From the NCBI GenBank assembly GCA_965153285.1, contig OZ229116.1: DNA of 64,000 nt; one strand, written 5' to 3'. This document shows positions 12,301 to 24,445 of this stretch, piece by piece. Each line of letters starts with the position of its first letter. Position 1 is the stretch's first letter. Position numbers and translations under genes: made by a program. Origin of the DNA: Podarcis tiliguerta (taxonomy: Eukaryota). Under the pieces are notes generated by a model that did not search any database, had not been told where the DNA came from, and was given only the letters and a program-made list of their open reading frames with translations.

Positions 12301-15300
12301 AGAAGATGCAAGGTGTTTGTAAACTGAATTGGACACAGGAAGTAAAACTCAAGAAGCTCCTCTCCCTCAGCCTTGTTTTTCCACTTCAGCACTGTATTAT
12401 TTTTGTTTAAAAAGAGTCCTTCAAAGGAATACAGAACTACACTTCATGACCTGATAGCAAACAAAATAGACTCTTGTCTGCGTTAAGCTTTATAAGGAAC
12501 CAGTACTTCCTGCTTCTTAAACTTTGGTATAGCATCTGATAATAATTAAGGCGTTTAAAACAGAGAAAATACTGTTTGTTATGCAGAGTACTGTTTTCAT
12601 CTTATTAAGTTATTGAACATTTCATTTGCACTGTTCAGACTTTTATTCAGCCACAAGGACATGCTGAAATATATAGATTCTGTTTGCCTGTTTGCATTCC
12701 CTGAATGCTGAGCTGAACACGATGTCCCTTCTCCAGGGGAAAACGGGGTTTCATCAAGGACTCAAGTTCATTTTGTCCTTGAGTTGCAGCCAGAATCTTG
12801 TGGTGAGCTGCCAGAGCTGTTCAGCGTGCTGCCTGTATCAAACTGATGGGTCCTGTTTTGCATGTTATTTCGTCTTAAAGGATGGGACAGCTCCATTGTG
12901 GATAGCCTCTCAGATGGGTCATAGTGAGGTAGTGCGAGTGATGCTGCTCCGAGGAGCAGAACGAGATGCTACAAGGAGTGTGAGTAGCTGCCTTTTGTTT
13001 TGTGGGCTTTATATTAGAAGAAAAGGAGTCAACAGTGCTCTGTGATATGGTGGACAGGAGTAGGGAGCCTGTATGTTGTTAGAGTCCACCTCCCATTAGC
13101 TTCAACCAGCATGGCAGGTCATCAGAAATTATGGGAGCTGGTGTTTATCAACCTATGGAGGGCTACATGTTCCAGAACATCTCATTGGTGTGCTGTGGCA
13201 GTCAACACTGCAGAATAGGTTGGCTAGCATCCCTCTCAATTATATCTCATTGCAAGGGGCATCTTACAACAGAAGGAACAGCTTCTTCTGTTTCCAAGTT
13301 GGACATGTTTTACAAAACCAGAACACAGAAACATACTTAAGAAAAAAAGCCAATCCCTTTCCTCTTGGTAATAAAAGTGTAAATTAAACAGTTAACCTCT
13401 GTCTCTGAGTGGTCCCTGTCACTGTCTGCCACATTACTAAGAAAAATTTGGTAGGTCAGTAGCGACAAAGACGTAGTGCTCAGATCCACTTGGTTATTTG
13501 TTATTTCTCAATAGATTACACAGCATGGCCTTGGCATCGAAGGCAAGTTTGAGGGCTGACGCATTTTGGAGGCTCAGTTTAAGATCAAGGATAATCTGTA
13601 TCTAAAGAACCTCTTATCAAATGTTGCATGCCCAGTAGAGTTCTTTTTCTTAAGCACTAGCTTTCTGTGGTAACTGATGGATTTCATAAGGGTCTGCTGT
13701 TCAAAATAAAGTAAAGCCCACTGGACATACAGTTCACTCAAATGAGTAGAATATAATAGATTAGGATTATTCTTGTTTAGTAAACCACCAACTCTTCGCC
13801 ATTATTACTACTTTTATTATGCACCAGCAGGTCCCCGGCGGATTACAATTTTAGAATTAAAAACAGTTAAAACATATGACAATCACAGGAAAAGGGTGGG
13901 AAATGACTTCCTTGTTTATGTACCTGTGTGATGCATACATTTGTGAATTTCACATTTTTAGGTATGCCCTTAAAACCACTTAGTTGTACATCTATAAATG
14001 CAATGTGTGTGCTGTTCCGTTGGTCATAGCAGCCATTGTGGTGGGGGGAGAGCTGCAGACTGCCCTCCTGACACCAGCATTGCTACAGCTTACCTGTACA
14101 GGGTAAAACAGCAATGGCAAAATTGAGGCTGTATAGATGCACCAGGGGAAACACCATATTCACCCCAGACTCAGTACTGCCTTGTAACAATGCTGGTGTC
14201 AACAGGGTGGCTGCCCAATAGCAAGCAGAGCTGATGCCATAAAAAGAAGGAAGGGGTAGTAGCAATTCTCCCTTTCTCCTCTTCAACCTTACTTAATATT
14301 TATTTTGCTTCTACTGCTTAAGCAGTGGCAAGGCCCTCCACCTCCCTGCTCCAAGGTCCTACCTCGAGTGAAGCATTCTGGGCATGCTGGAGGTGAGACT
14401 GCCCGTGGCACTGCTATGGTTTGCTGCTGCCGAAGCCCTAAATTTTAGCGGGAAATTGTACAGTAATTCTAAACCTTTTCCTAATAATTTTAGGTAGTAA
14501 ACTGGCTCGCCAGAGCAGCGATGTCACGCTGGCCACGTGACCTGGAAGTGTCTCCAGACAGCATTGGCCCCCAGCCTCTTGAGTGAGATGGGTGCACAAC
14601 CCTAGAGTCTGTCAAGTCTGGCCCGTACGGGCAGGGGTATCTTTACCTTTAAACTGTAGCAGGAGCACAGAGAGTCTCAGCCATCGCTCCTAGAATGCTT
14701 TACTCCAAGGAATGCTTTGCCCCTGAACCTTTCTTGAGAGAAGCAGGGTGCAAGGAGGGGGAGGGCTTCTGATGGCAGCAAGCATGTCATGCTATACCAG
14801 TGAAGGCAAGCACAAGTTAACCAGCCTCACCACCTGAGCCAATTGCTTCAGTTTGCTGAATGGCGATGCTAGCTCAGTTCAATAGGACCTATTCCTAGAT
14901 TAAGTGACCATAGGATCACAGTCTTAGGAATGTTTCAGTGGCAATGTTTTTAAACATTGAAGTCTGCAAAGCTAGGGTATGGTTGTCATAAAAGCACTGC
15001 TGCTACATGCAGTAAGGGCATCATGTACAGTAAGGACACTCAAAGCCTGCTTATGGGAGAAATAACATGCTCTAAATGGATTATAATGAATGGGAGGACC
15101 CTTATGAATTCTATACAAGAACAAGTCTAAAACAGGACAAATGGTCATATTCAATTCATGTTTCTTCTCTCTCCTCCTTTCTGTTGTAGGATGGCACAAC
15201 TGCTTTACTTAAAGCTGCAAACAAAGGATATAGTGATGTTATAGAGGAATTGCTTAAATTCTCTCCTACACTTGGTTTATTGAAGGCAAGTACTGAGAAA

Positions 15301-17073
15301 ATATTTAGGACGCTCAGAACCATAGCTCTCTTGGATGCTGTGGGAGCTCTCACTAATTTCAGTAGGGATCGTGGGAGTTGTAGGCCAAAAATATCTGGAG
15401 GGCTGAGTTTGAGGAAGCCTGACATATGCCATGTCTCAAACTCAGGTGGGTTAAAGTCTTCTTATGCCCACCCATCTGTTGGAAATAGTTGGAAAAGGCT
15501 GCTACCGTCTCCGCCAGAACCCTTCCTGCATCACTGTTGAGAGACCAGAGATTTAAAAGTTGTTGTTGTTGTTGTTATCAATATCATCTGCATATAGATA
15601 TATTTTATGTTTTTGTATATTCTAGAACGGAACATCAGCTCTCCATGCAGCTGTTCTTGGGGGCAGCGCTAAAGCAGTAGCACTACTCATAGAAGCCGGA
15701 GCAGATCCACTCCTTAGGAACAAGGTAATGTACTTTTGTTTTAAGATTGTCAGACCTTTGAAACTCTTAGGAAAGTCTCCGTCTTTGAATGAATCTCTTC
15801 GTAGAAATTCTTAGTAATTTTTGCCTGAAGTTTTACATTAGGAACAAAAACAGAGAATAAATTCTCCATGTCGTGTATTTCCATTAGAGGGCAGCACAAC
15901 TCTTGGGAAAAATTGTTTGCGTCAACCACTTTCATCCTGCAAGGTATTTCTGTTACCTGTTGCAGCAAAATCATCCAAGTTTCAACTGGCACCTTTAAAA
16001 ACTAACAAATCTGTTTGGGCATAAGGTTTTCTGGACATTTCTGTCATTACAGAATTGCACAACCACCTCTTCTAAACTTACTGGAGCCTCCACAGTATAC
16101 TAGAATACAAATCTGTGTAAACCAATATAGTATTTTTCCTCCTCAAGGGAGGCCCAAAGTCAATTCATTACAGATCTAGTTTAAATGCTACTGAAGCCTG
16201 AATGTAAATTTGAGTGTCAGCTGATCCTGCTCTCATGAGAGCCAAAGACAGTAATCATGATTTTATTGGAAATAAATCTATGTTTAATAGTCATTCATCC
16301 CTGCAGCATAGCATATAGAGCAAGAAGGGGGAACATATGGCCCTCCAGATGTTGATGAACACCAGCTCTGACCATTGCTCAAGCTGGCTGGGATTGATGG
16401 GAGTTGGAATCCAACAAGGTGTGGATGGCCACAGGTTCACCATATCGTAGAACCTTTTTGACTCATTTTCTTTCAATTTAAAAGCCAGAAAACAAAAGGC
16501 AATAACTTGCACTCCTTGCAGTGTCTTGATGTGCTCCTTAAAGCAGAATCGCTGCCCTGCAGCAGCCCAGGGAAGTCACTAGAATCTGATGGGGTAGCTT
16601 GCTGAAGACCCCTTTGGATCTGCCCTGGGGATGGGAAGTGCAGAGTCCTTCAAATGGCATTGGCCCTAGCCTCAGCCACCATGGTCAGTGGTCAGGGATG
16701 TAGTCGAGCAACAACCAGAGGACCACGTTAGCCACCCTAATCTAAGTAATTCCTCACAAGCCAACTTTGAATTAAAGTCCCTGTTAAACAAGCCTGCTGA
16801 AAGGCTCAGTAATACAGCATTGGTATATTTTCTGACGAGAAGTGCATGAGTCCACAGTTGAATGTAGCTCAGTGCAGAATGTTGAATGCCAATGCTCCTT
16901 TGGGTGATGTTCCTTGAAGTCTGCTGCATGAGAACCAGATGGTGAAAGTCCTTTCTCTGGTTTCTAACCAACTTGTGTCTTGTTTCCAGAAAAATGAATT
17001 GCCTTCAGATCTAACGAAAAACGAGCGCATCCTACGGCTTCTGCAGACCAGAGAAAAGCACCGAAAGAGCTAA
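251..17073 (+). CDS. ANKRD29: Ankyrin repeat domain-containing protein 29, spliced CDS lacking exon 1. Exons: 251-361, 862-960, 3657-3755, 8611-8709, 9725-9823, 12881-12979, 15190-15285, 15626-15724, 16990-17073
   Basis: Hand-spliced translation KETPLANAAFWAARKGNLALLQLLLNSGRVDVDCKDS...NELPSDLTKNERILRLLQTREKHRKS* matches recalled human ANKRD29. All junctions are phase 0 with AG acceptors. Position upstream of NPC1 matches human synteny. Confidence 0.96.
862..960 (+). CDS. ANKRD29: ANKRD29 coding exon 3
   Basis: cccag|CTT...GAG|gtacgg; LGSTTLMVASYYGHKECVRELVLQGADINLQRE. Confidence 0.95.
2827..3057 (+). mobile_element. tRNA-derived squamate SINE (Squam3-like)
   Basis: Head GAGCCAGTGTGGTGTAGTGGTTAAGAGC with Pol III A box and B-box-like GGTTCGCTTCC; body typical of the lacertid SINE; ends in CTCTTCT tail. 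Confidence 0.75.
3657..3755 (+). CDS. ANKRD29: ANKRD29 coding exon 4
   Basis: ttcag|TCT...AAA|gtaaga; SGATALFFAAQQGHNDIVKFLFEYGASTEFKTK. Confidence 0.95.
4700..5300. mobile_element. Non-autonomous Tc1/mariner-superfamily (pogo/Tc2-like) DNA transposon with GC-rich internal tandem repeats
   Basis: TIRs CCGTATTTTTCGCCCTATAGGACGCAC / GTGCGTCCTATGGGGCGAAAAATACGG, TA on both sides (4698-4699, 5301-5302); CpGs intact. Confidence 0.88.
7235..7368 (-). mobile_element. tRNA-headed SINE with CR1-like tail (Squam2-like)
   Basis: Minus strand begins TAGCTCAGTTGGTTAAAGTGTGGTGCTGATAACGCCAAG (tRNA-Ile-like) and ends GGTCCCTTTCCAACTCTATAATTCTATG. Confidence 0.7.
7456..7573. mobile_element. Truncated hAT MITE, same family as 32657-32806
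   Basis: Near-identical to the 32657 copy (CAGTGCTTTTTT...GGTACTCTCATTTTCCTACTCAT...GAGGCCAAACTTAGATTCACAAA); right TIR missing. Confidence 0.8.
7578..7762 (-). mobile_element. LINE (L2/CR1-group) 3' end fragment
   Basis: TTTATACCCTGCCCTTCTGGCTGGGTTTCCTCAGC... is shared with 22200-22262; recognised as a common lizard LINE 3' terminus. Confidence 0.5.
8611..8709 (+). CDS. ANKRD29: ANKRD29 coding exon 5
   Basis: tgcag|GAT...TAT|gtgagt; DGGTALLAACQYGHMRVVETLLKHGANVHDQLY. Confidence 0.95.
9725..9823 (+). CDS. ANKRD29: ANKRD29 coding exon 6
   Basis: ttaag|GAC...CAG|gtaatg; DGATSLFLAAQGGYLDLIRLLLSSGAKVNQPRQ. Confidence 0.95.
10898..11330 (-). mobile_element. Old CR1-like LINE 3' fragment
   Basis: AACATAAGAAGAACCCTCCTGGATCAGGCCAAAGGCCCATCT start; similar degenerate copies at about 33930-34160 (+) and 52910-53270 (-). 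Confidence 0.55.
12881..12979 (+). CDS. ANKRD29: ANKRD29 coding exon 7
   Basis: taaag|GAT...AGT|gtgagt; DGTAPLWIASQMGHSEVVRVMLLRGAERDATRS. Confidence 0.95.
14501..14650 (+). mobile_element. Sauria SINE 3' half (5'-truncated)
   Basis: GCTGGCCACGTGACCTGGAAG...GAGATGGGTGCACAACCCTAGAGTC...GGGGTATCTTTACCTTT; homologous to 44589-44890. Confidence 0.75.
15190..15285 (+). CDS. ANKRD29: ANKRD29 coding exon 8 (GC donor)
   Basis: tgtag|GAT...AAG|gcaagt; DGTTALLKAANKGYSDVIEELLKFSPTLGLLK. Confidence 0.92.
15626..15724 (+). CDS. ANKRD29: ANKRD29 coding exon 9
   Basis: tctag|AAC...AAG|gtaatg; NGTSALHAAVLGGSAKAVALLIEAGADPLLRNK. Confidence 0.95.
16990..17073 (+). CDS. ANKRD29: ANKRD29 terminal coding exon 10
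   Basis: tccag|AAA...AGC TAA; KNELPSDLTKNERILRLLQTREKHRKS*. Confidence 0.94.
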   Translation, partial: KNELPSDLTKNERILRLLQTREKHRKS

Positions 17074-17322
17074 TGCAGCTTTGCGTCTCAAGAGAGAGCC
17101 AATGAGCCCTGCCCATATTCGCCCTCAAGCAAAGCTAGTTATCCTGCAGAACTGGAAACGTTTTGCTGAGACTCAAGCGACATGCCCTGACTCTTCCTCT
17201 GTGAACAAGGTCAGGGTTCTCCATGGAGTGGCACTGCTAAGGTCCTAACACCACTGCACTCACCAGATTTTTGTCTCTGGCTTCAGATGCAGGGAAGACT
17301 GGGTCGCTAAGTGGCTTTCCTG

Positions 17323-17328
17323 AATAAA
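17323..17328 (+). terminator. Candidate ANKRD29 polyadenylation signal AATAAA
   Basis: First AATAAA about 250 nt after the stop, followed by T-rich sequence; use is unproven. Confidence 0.45.
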
Positions 17329-20300
17329 GTCTTTTTCTGTTCCAGAGAAATATTCCTTTGCTGTAGCATTATCTGTTCTTTGAAGTAAACCTCCTGATCC
17401 TTATCAAAAGTTGCACAGGTCTTTTTAGTTGTGCTCTGGCAAGTCCAGTTTGGTCTGAGCCCTTCTCAGGGTCTGCAGATGGCACAGACGGGGGCACCAG
17501 CAGTTTGGTTTCTCATAGTGCTTCATGCCTCCTTTTATAGCCCATTGGTGTCATGGTACCAATTAGGCCATTTGCTCACTGGTGTCATAAAGGTTTTTGA
17601 TAAAAATGTGGCATGTTTGGTTACTTGCAGCAGCACTCCCCTGCTAAGGCACACACCACCTGTTAGATTGTAGTTGTCACAGTGCAGGGGGGCAGGGTTA
17701 TTGGGGGGTGCTTGTGGGGGGGGGAGGTAAGGAAGATGTTGGCAGGGAGGGAGCAAAGCCCAAAGTGGGTGCCACCCCCTTGGGTCTCTCTTCCTGTCCA
17801 CCCAGTAGGCTGTCAGGAGACAGACAGCTTCCTCTTGCTGAATTGAACACCCAGAAGAGCGCTGCTGTGATTAGGCTCAGAGTCACATGCAGCTGTAGGG
17901 CTGCAGGCTGCCAGCCCTGGTCATGTTGGGATGATATAGCCGTTAGCGTTCTTTAATACCAAGGCCCACTTCCTAAATTATATTCTTACTACACACATAA
18001 GTACCTAGTGGTGATGTCTAGACAGATTTCTTATTGCCTACTTAATGATGCTTTCCATTTATTTATTCAAGACCTACCTTTCTATATAGAGAGTCTGTCT
18101 GTCTATCATCTATCTATCTAATGCATTATCTCATGGAGCTTTGCATCTGTTTGTATATTGCCCTTCAAATTATTTATCCAAGTATGGTTTACAATGCATA
18201 TTAAGTTTCCCTAAATCTAAGAAAAGCATAATGCATGGTTAAGCCCTTACTCAACTGGTTTGTCTACTACTGAATCCCAGAAGGTTTTTGGAACTACGCT
18301 GAGCAAGCACAATAATACGTTAGGAAGCCCAACCATGCAGGAAAGGCTAGCAAACACATGTTCTATGCAATTGAAATCAATTTTTGAAGAGATTTGCCTT
18401 CATTCTGGGATGAGATACTTAAAGCAGGCAAAACGATAAATTTTATTTCACATACTAATTATTTAAAATTGCTGCAGGCATTCAGGATTTCTGTGATTTA
18501 CTGACTGTTAGGGGGAGGGAAGTACGCTACTATAATATGGAATAAGGGTCTGTGGCTGGGATTCAACTAAGTTGTTGTGAACAAGCAAAACTCTCCTCCT
18601 CGCCCCCAAACCTATTCTGGAGGCTTGGGTTCCCCAGAGCAGGCTTGGGGGGGCATGCAAGGAAGGAGAGAGGGCAAAGCCCCATTGTTTGAGTGAAACT
18701 AGCAGTACATTGAAGCCAATCCTATGTGTGCCTGTTAGTCCTTTGGAACATCCCAAGAACAAAGTGAGTAGTGAAAGCCTATTACTCTGTAAAAGAATAC
18801 AGTTAAGATTATATTTGTTGGATCAAACCAAGGGTCCATCTAGCCCACACAGTGTCCTTTTTCCAACACTGGCCAGCCAAATTGTTCCTAGAAACACACT
18901 TGATGGCAACTGTTGTCCCCTATTGGTATTCGGGGGCATGCTATCTCTGAATAGTGACATTCTAGTTAGTTAGTTAACAAAATTTACAGAGCACTTCTAC
19001 AAAAAACAAACAAACCTCTAAGTGAGTCAGGACTGTGTATACATTGCTGTTTACTCTGCATCCCCATTGCTGGTTTTTTAAAGCCATGTACACACAACAT
19101 TAGCCACAATTCATATCTATCCCACAGTTTATTGAGAAATCCTGCTGTTTAATGTGTTTTCCTTGAACCAGCTTCCATCCAAGCTGAAAACTTAAGGTAC
19201 AGTCAGTTCACAGTTCAGCTGAGGTGTATGCAGTTGAGAAAGCCATTGCATGTGTGCAGATGATTGCTTAATGAATAGGAGTTCCAAAGAGATTGCTTCG
19301 CTGTGTCCTCTCTGCCCATTTGTGTGGATAGACAGCGGGTGACTTAGGAACACATCAAACTTGACTGGTGTGTACAACACCAAACAAAAGCAACTTGAAA
19401 CGCAACAGGGAAAACAATCTTGCTGCATTTTAAACTGGTATTGTGTACCTAGCCTACATAAAAGTATACACTATTATAAAGTTTAGCTGTTAAAGCTATT
19501 AACCATCAGTAGCTTTGTCTTGGACTGATACATTTCTCTATCTGGGTCAGTTGAAAGAAATACTAGAGAGAGTCACCAAGCCTGTAACATATTTTAGGCA
19601 CGAGAATCTACCATACAGGTGCTAGAAACATGCACAGCGTAAATAAACCATCTTTAGTATTTATCAGCTCCTGTGAATTGTACTTCCTTCAGAAACCAGA
19701 GCAGCACAGATATCCTGCTGAACAGATACAAACCAATGGCATAGGAGCCTTTACATCAATAAGTGGTGCTAAAAAAAAACTTATGTCTGATAATTTGCAA
19801 CAGCCTATTTTTCTAGCATAGACAGGATTGATAACTCCAGGTGCATTGATAACTCCAGGTGCAATATGACTGAAACGTTATCCCAGCTGTCAATATAAAG
19901 AGACTCTGTTTATTTTCTTTCCCTGTGAACTGCTATGTTAATATGCCAGTTCTTGCTAGTTATAACTAGGTGCCAACCACTGAGGGTCTTTTGTGCTTCT
20001 CTAATTTGTTAGAAGTCATGCTACTCAGTTGCTTGTGTCAGAGTGGACATATTTTCAGGGCCAAGGGAAATCAAAATACCATTTGCAAAGGCTGCAGGCT
20101 CAAAATTCAGCTGAAATATTTCACTGTTACCTTGGTAAATAATAATGTTTAAAAAACCCACTGTGCTGTTGCTCAACAGTATTGAGTCATTTTGACGTAT
20201 GCTGTAGACTTCAAGGATCATAGCTATTGCAAAACAAAGAGTTTGATCTATAGGAGGAAGGGAAAGAAGTGGTGAAGCAAGGCTCTAATGAATTGCAAAC

Positions 20301-21564
20301 ACAGAGAATGCACTTTTCTAATAATATGCTGTTGATGGTGGTTTTTAATAAGTTTTGGAGCACTATGCTTAGCACAAGATAAAAGCAAGCTGCTTGTGTG
20401 TGTTACCATTAATACTGTGATACATAGTTTAATGTTTTGGGGTTTTGTTTTGTTTTGTTTTGTTTATGTTTGTGTCTGGGTTAATTCTCCTTTAAAAGCT
20501 GCTGAATTAAAGCCTCTTGCCGTCCTATTTACCTTTGGGAGTTTGGTGGGGTAGTGAGGGTGCCAGGATTGCTGAAAATTTCAGATTTTATTTCCCCAGC
20601 CAGCAGGTATGCCAATGCTTAACACTGGTATGGAAGGAAGATTTGTCTACTGTTATATAATGGTTTGAGAAGGCAACTTATGCTGAGTACCAAAGTATTT
20701 CTATGACATTATTTCTGGTATATTGTTATTTGTTGCATTTATCCATTGCTTTACACAGAAAATGTCTCAAAGTGGCTTACACCACCATAAAATACAAAAC
20801 AGCTAAAACATATTTATGTCTGATATAGAATGTTGCTTGGTTAAAAAGAACAACCCTGGTTATAGTGTCATGTTTTGATATAAGTGTAGCTAGTTAAGAT
20901 GGTGTTGTAGTCAGTCTTATGGTATACCTGTGAAGCCTTAAATTATATTACAAAATCTGGAGCTTCATTCCTTTTGTGACAACCTTTAGCATTATTGTTT
21001 GCAATATACAAATGATTCATTTAAAACAGCTGGCCTATAATGCTTGAATTAAAGGAAGATATATCCAGGTGTAATTTTATAGTTCTACAATAAATTTTGT
21101 GTAGTTCAACATTACATGAACTTGGATTAAGGTGTGCTTACTACGTTAAATATCAAAATCACATTTCCTTCCAGTGACTTAAAGTGTAAATTGATTCCAG
21201 ACTGGCCACTTCTTGCTCTCTCTACCCAGACATGTCTCTTTTCACTGTAAGCTATGTGCAGAATTGCAACTGACTTCTATAGCTCTGGAGACAGAGGATT
21301 GTATTTGCGTACATACATCCAGCTATGCTCCATGCACGCTAGTGGGCATGACATAGCCATGTTAGTAGAGGAAGGAAAATACCAATAAAAAAATAATGCT
21401 GTTGGATTTTTTCTAAGGCTTGTGACAAGATAGAAGAAGCATGCATCAGGGAGGAAAGAGCAGCAAAATTATTTGATGACGATATCATGCAGCTTCCCTG
21501 TAAAAAGTGAGTTAACCAAGAGTCGCAATTTCAGAGTAAATACATAGGGCAGGATTCACCTAAC

Positions 21565-21630
21565 AAGAACAGTTTCAGGTTAAGAACAGACCTCCAGGAC
21601 GAATTAAGTTCTTAACCTGAGGTACCACTG
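21565..21630. mobile_element. Terminal fragment of CAGTGGTACCTC-type Tc1/pogo (Tigger-like) MITE
   Basis: Ends CTTAACCTGAGGTACCACTG-TA; matches the right end of 27627-27867. Confidence 0.75.
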
Positions 21631-22178
21631 TACTGTCAAAATGTTGCAGTGTTTGAACAGCAGTTGGACTCCGCTCATGACAGTCTAACCAAAGATGATG
21701 CAAATGTAGCTGTTTCTCTTAGCGATACATGATAGTGTACAGAGATAGGAACTTGCTCCAGGATATTTTCCCATTTCAGTATTATTTTTCTCATGCCTTT
21801 GCATAGTGCGGTGCCTTTGCTAAATTATGTACAGTTCAGTTTCTTTCCTCAGATTACTTTCCCATGTAATCATTAAAATTAAAATAATGCTTAGCTTGTC
21901 TTTGCTTTTTTATATTCAGACGCTGAGAGGCGTTTAGTATGCAGACTGAATATGAATCTAATAGAAACTTTATTTGAATAGGACAGTTCCCTGATTTACT
22001 AACACCTACTTCTGTTAACAGCTACTCTATTTTGAAATTTCATTCTAAACTTGAAACTCGGGTTGGTATTCATCCAACCCACTTCTGGTATTCATTCACT
22101 TCTGGATTTCCATTATGAGAATGTCAGTATCTTGAAAAGTATCCTGCAATCTTCCTTGAAATATCTGGGTGGATGATT

Positions 22179-22290
22179 AATAATAATAATAATAATAATA
22201 ATTTATTATTTATACCCCACCCATCTGGATGGGTTTCCCCAGCCACTCTGGGTGGCTTCCAACTGAATATTAAAAACACAATACAGCATG
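22179..22290 (-). mobile_element. LINE 3' end with (AAT)n tail
   Basis: (AAT)n microsatellite followed by TTATTATTTATACCCCACCCATCTGGATGGGTTTCCCCAGCCACTCTGGG. Confidence 0.55.
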
Positions 22291-24309
22291 TTTTATTATT
22301 ATTTATTAAACTTAAATCTCCTCACAAAGGAGATCAGGGTGGTAAAAACACTAATCATAAAATAATACAAATTTAAAAATCTAAAAACAATCATATATTC
22401 TCACAGCTAACAAATTTCAAAGTTGCCAGGAACAGTATATTTCAGCCATCAAAGGCCTGGTAAACGGGAAAGTTTTTTAATGCCTCCTGGAAGATGATAA
22501 TGAGGGAAATAAATGCAGCTCATTCTACAAATGGGGAACCATTAATGGGGAAACACCACACACACCCCCTAGTCAGTAGCCTGAGTCACTCTCTTCCCTT
22601 TGAATACTTGTGTGGCTTGCAGAAGTGCCCTAATTTGCACTTTAAACACCAAGCTAAGAGCGAAGTGCCCCAACTGTTTTTGCTGCAGTATCCCAACATA
22701 CCTACCTTCAAGCTGATCTACCTGCAAGTAAGCATCTCAGCTAGTGGTTTCATGTAGTAAACTGGTACATATACAGTACTTGAAAACACATCTGTTCCAC
22801 TTACAAATAATTCACCCAAGTGGGAATTCCCTAGAGTAAGCATCCCACTCTTTGGTCTTTTAAGTACGTTTGGGAGCTGTATTCTCCTATTTTAATGTTA
22901 CTGTGTTAATATTTCTTAAACTGCATTAATAATATTATTAAACTGTAGTTTAAATGCTATATTATGCTTCTGTTGTGTACATTTGGTAATTTAAAAAATG
23001 AAAACTTGCTTATGAATCACAAAAGAGAGTGATTTACAAATCATGAAAGAAACTGGGCCAAAGGAAGCTGCTGAATGGGCTTTTCTAAAAAAGAAAAGAA
23101 AAAGGGCGTAACTGGCTGTGGTTTATCATCCAGCCATCCTGCAAGTCATCTAAACATGAAAATTAGTCATAGCTGACTGACTCGTGGTCTGGTTCCCAAT
23201 GAAGTCTCCTGTGCAGCATAACTGACAGTAGTTTCATTTGGATCACTGCGGGCTGCATTCTATTCTGTGTAGAATATCTTAAAATGGATGATTTTGGTTC
23301 CTTGTTAATGTAGTTTTTTGTTGCCCTAAAACAAAAACAAAATCACAATCGACCCTCATCTACCTTTTCAGCAATTCGTATTTTCACCACCAGCTGGCTC
23401 TAAGGGAGGTTGCAAAACATTTTAGTTCCCATAGGAACCGCTGATTGACAGAGATATTCTTTCCTGGTTACTCATTCCTCCACTCCTGAGTCAGATTACA
23501 AACAAGTTTATAGATTAGAAGCTTTGGTCACCCAGTTCTAACAATTACAACACTTGTCAGGCCACTTCATGTCAGCAGTACACACAGACATTTTACACCC
23601 ACAGCAACAACATATTGGGCTGAATTTATCCATGCTGCAACTCCAGTAAAATCCATACTATCACAATGGCTGATAAAACCTGATATAGCACAATGGGATT
23701 ACGGTAATTACCGTAACTGAAGTACTTTTATGAAGAGGAATGTGCACTTGGAGCCACAGTTCTATGCACATTTACCTGGGAGGATGCTTGGTGAGTTGCA
23801 TGACAGATTTAAAGACGTGCATTGGCAGCCACTGTCTTATCGCTTCCTTATCAAGAGATGCTGAAAAATGTGAATGAGGAGATCCACAGTCATTGATCCA
23901 ATTACCTTTATGTTCAGTGGGAGCCTCACCCACAAAGATACACGGTATGGGGCAGACACGTAAACACATTGGGAAGAAATAAATCTAGGCTCCTCAAGAA
24001 ATGACGCATTTTAAATGAAGCACAGCTTTATGACAAACACACCCATTGTTCACAGACTTGTTATAAAAATGAGATAGTTTGACTCATTGCAGTGTTGGTC
24101 CCTCAAGCACACCACACGATTAGCAGCCATGAACAAAAGCAACTAATAGCATAGAAGTCTCAGAATAAAACAAAAGTTTGGTTGTTTTCAATGTTCTAGG
24201 TCTGAATTGGGCTGCCATTGTATGTGAAACTTAGATCCCAGTTCAGCCCCCCTACTACTTTTTAAAAGGACATTTGGCAACATTTATTAGAGGAGTTATA
24301 ATTCATATT

Positions 24310-24445
24310 CAGAAAGGTAGCTGTGTTGGTCTGACAGTGTCAAAAAAAATGAAAAAATAAAAATAATTGTCCAGTAGCACCTTATAAACCAACTAAGTTT
24401 GTTCTGGAATAAGCTTTTGTGTGCATGCACACTTCTTCAGATACC
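24310..24445 (-). mobile_element. Penelope-like element terminal fragment with degenerate minimal hammerhead ribozyme
   Basis: GTAGCACCTTATAAACCAACTAAGTTTGTTC...; minus strand GGTAT-CTGAAGA-A-GTGTGCATGCACAC-AAAA-GC-TT-ATTCC. Confidence 0.6.
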
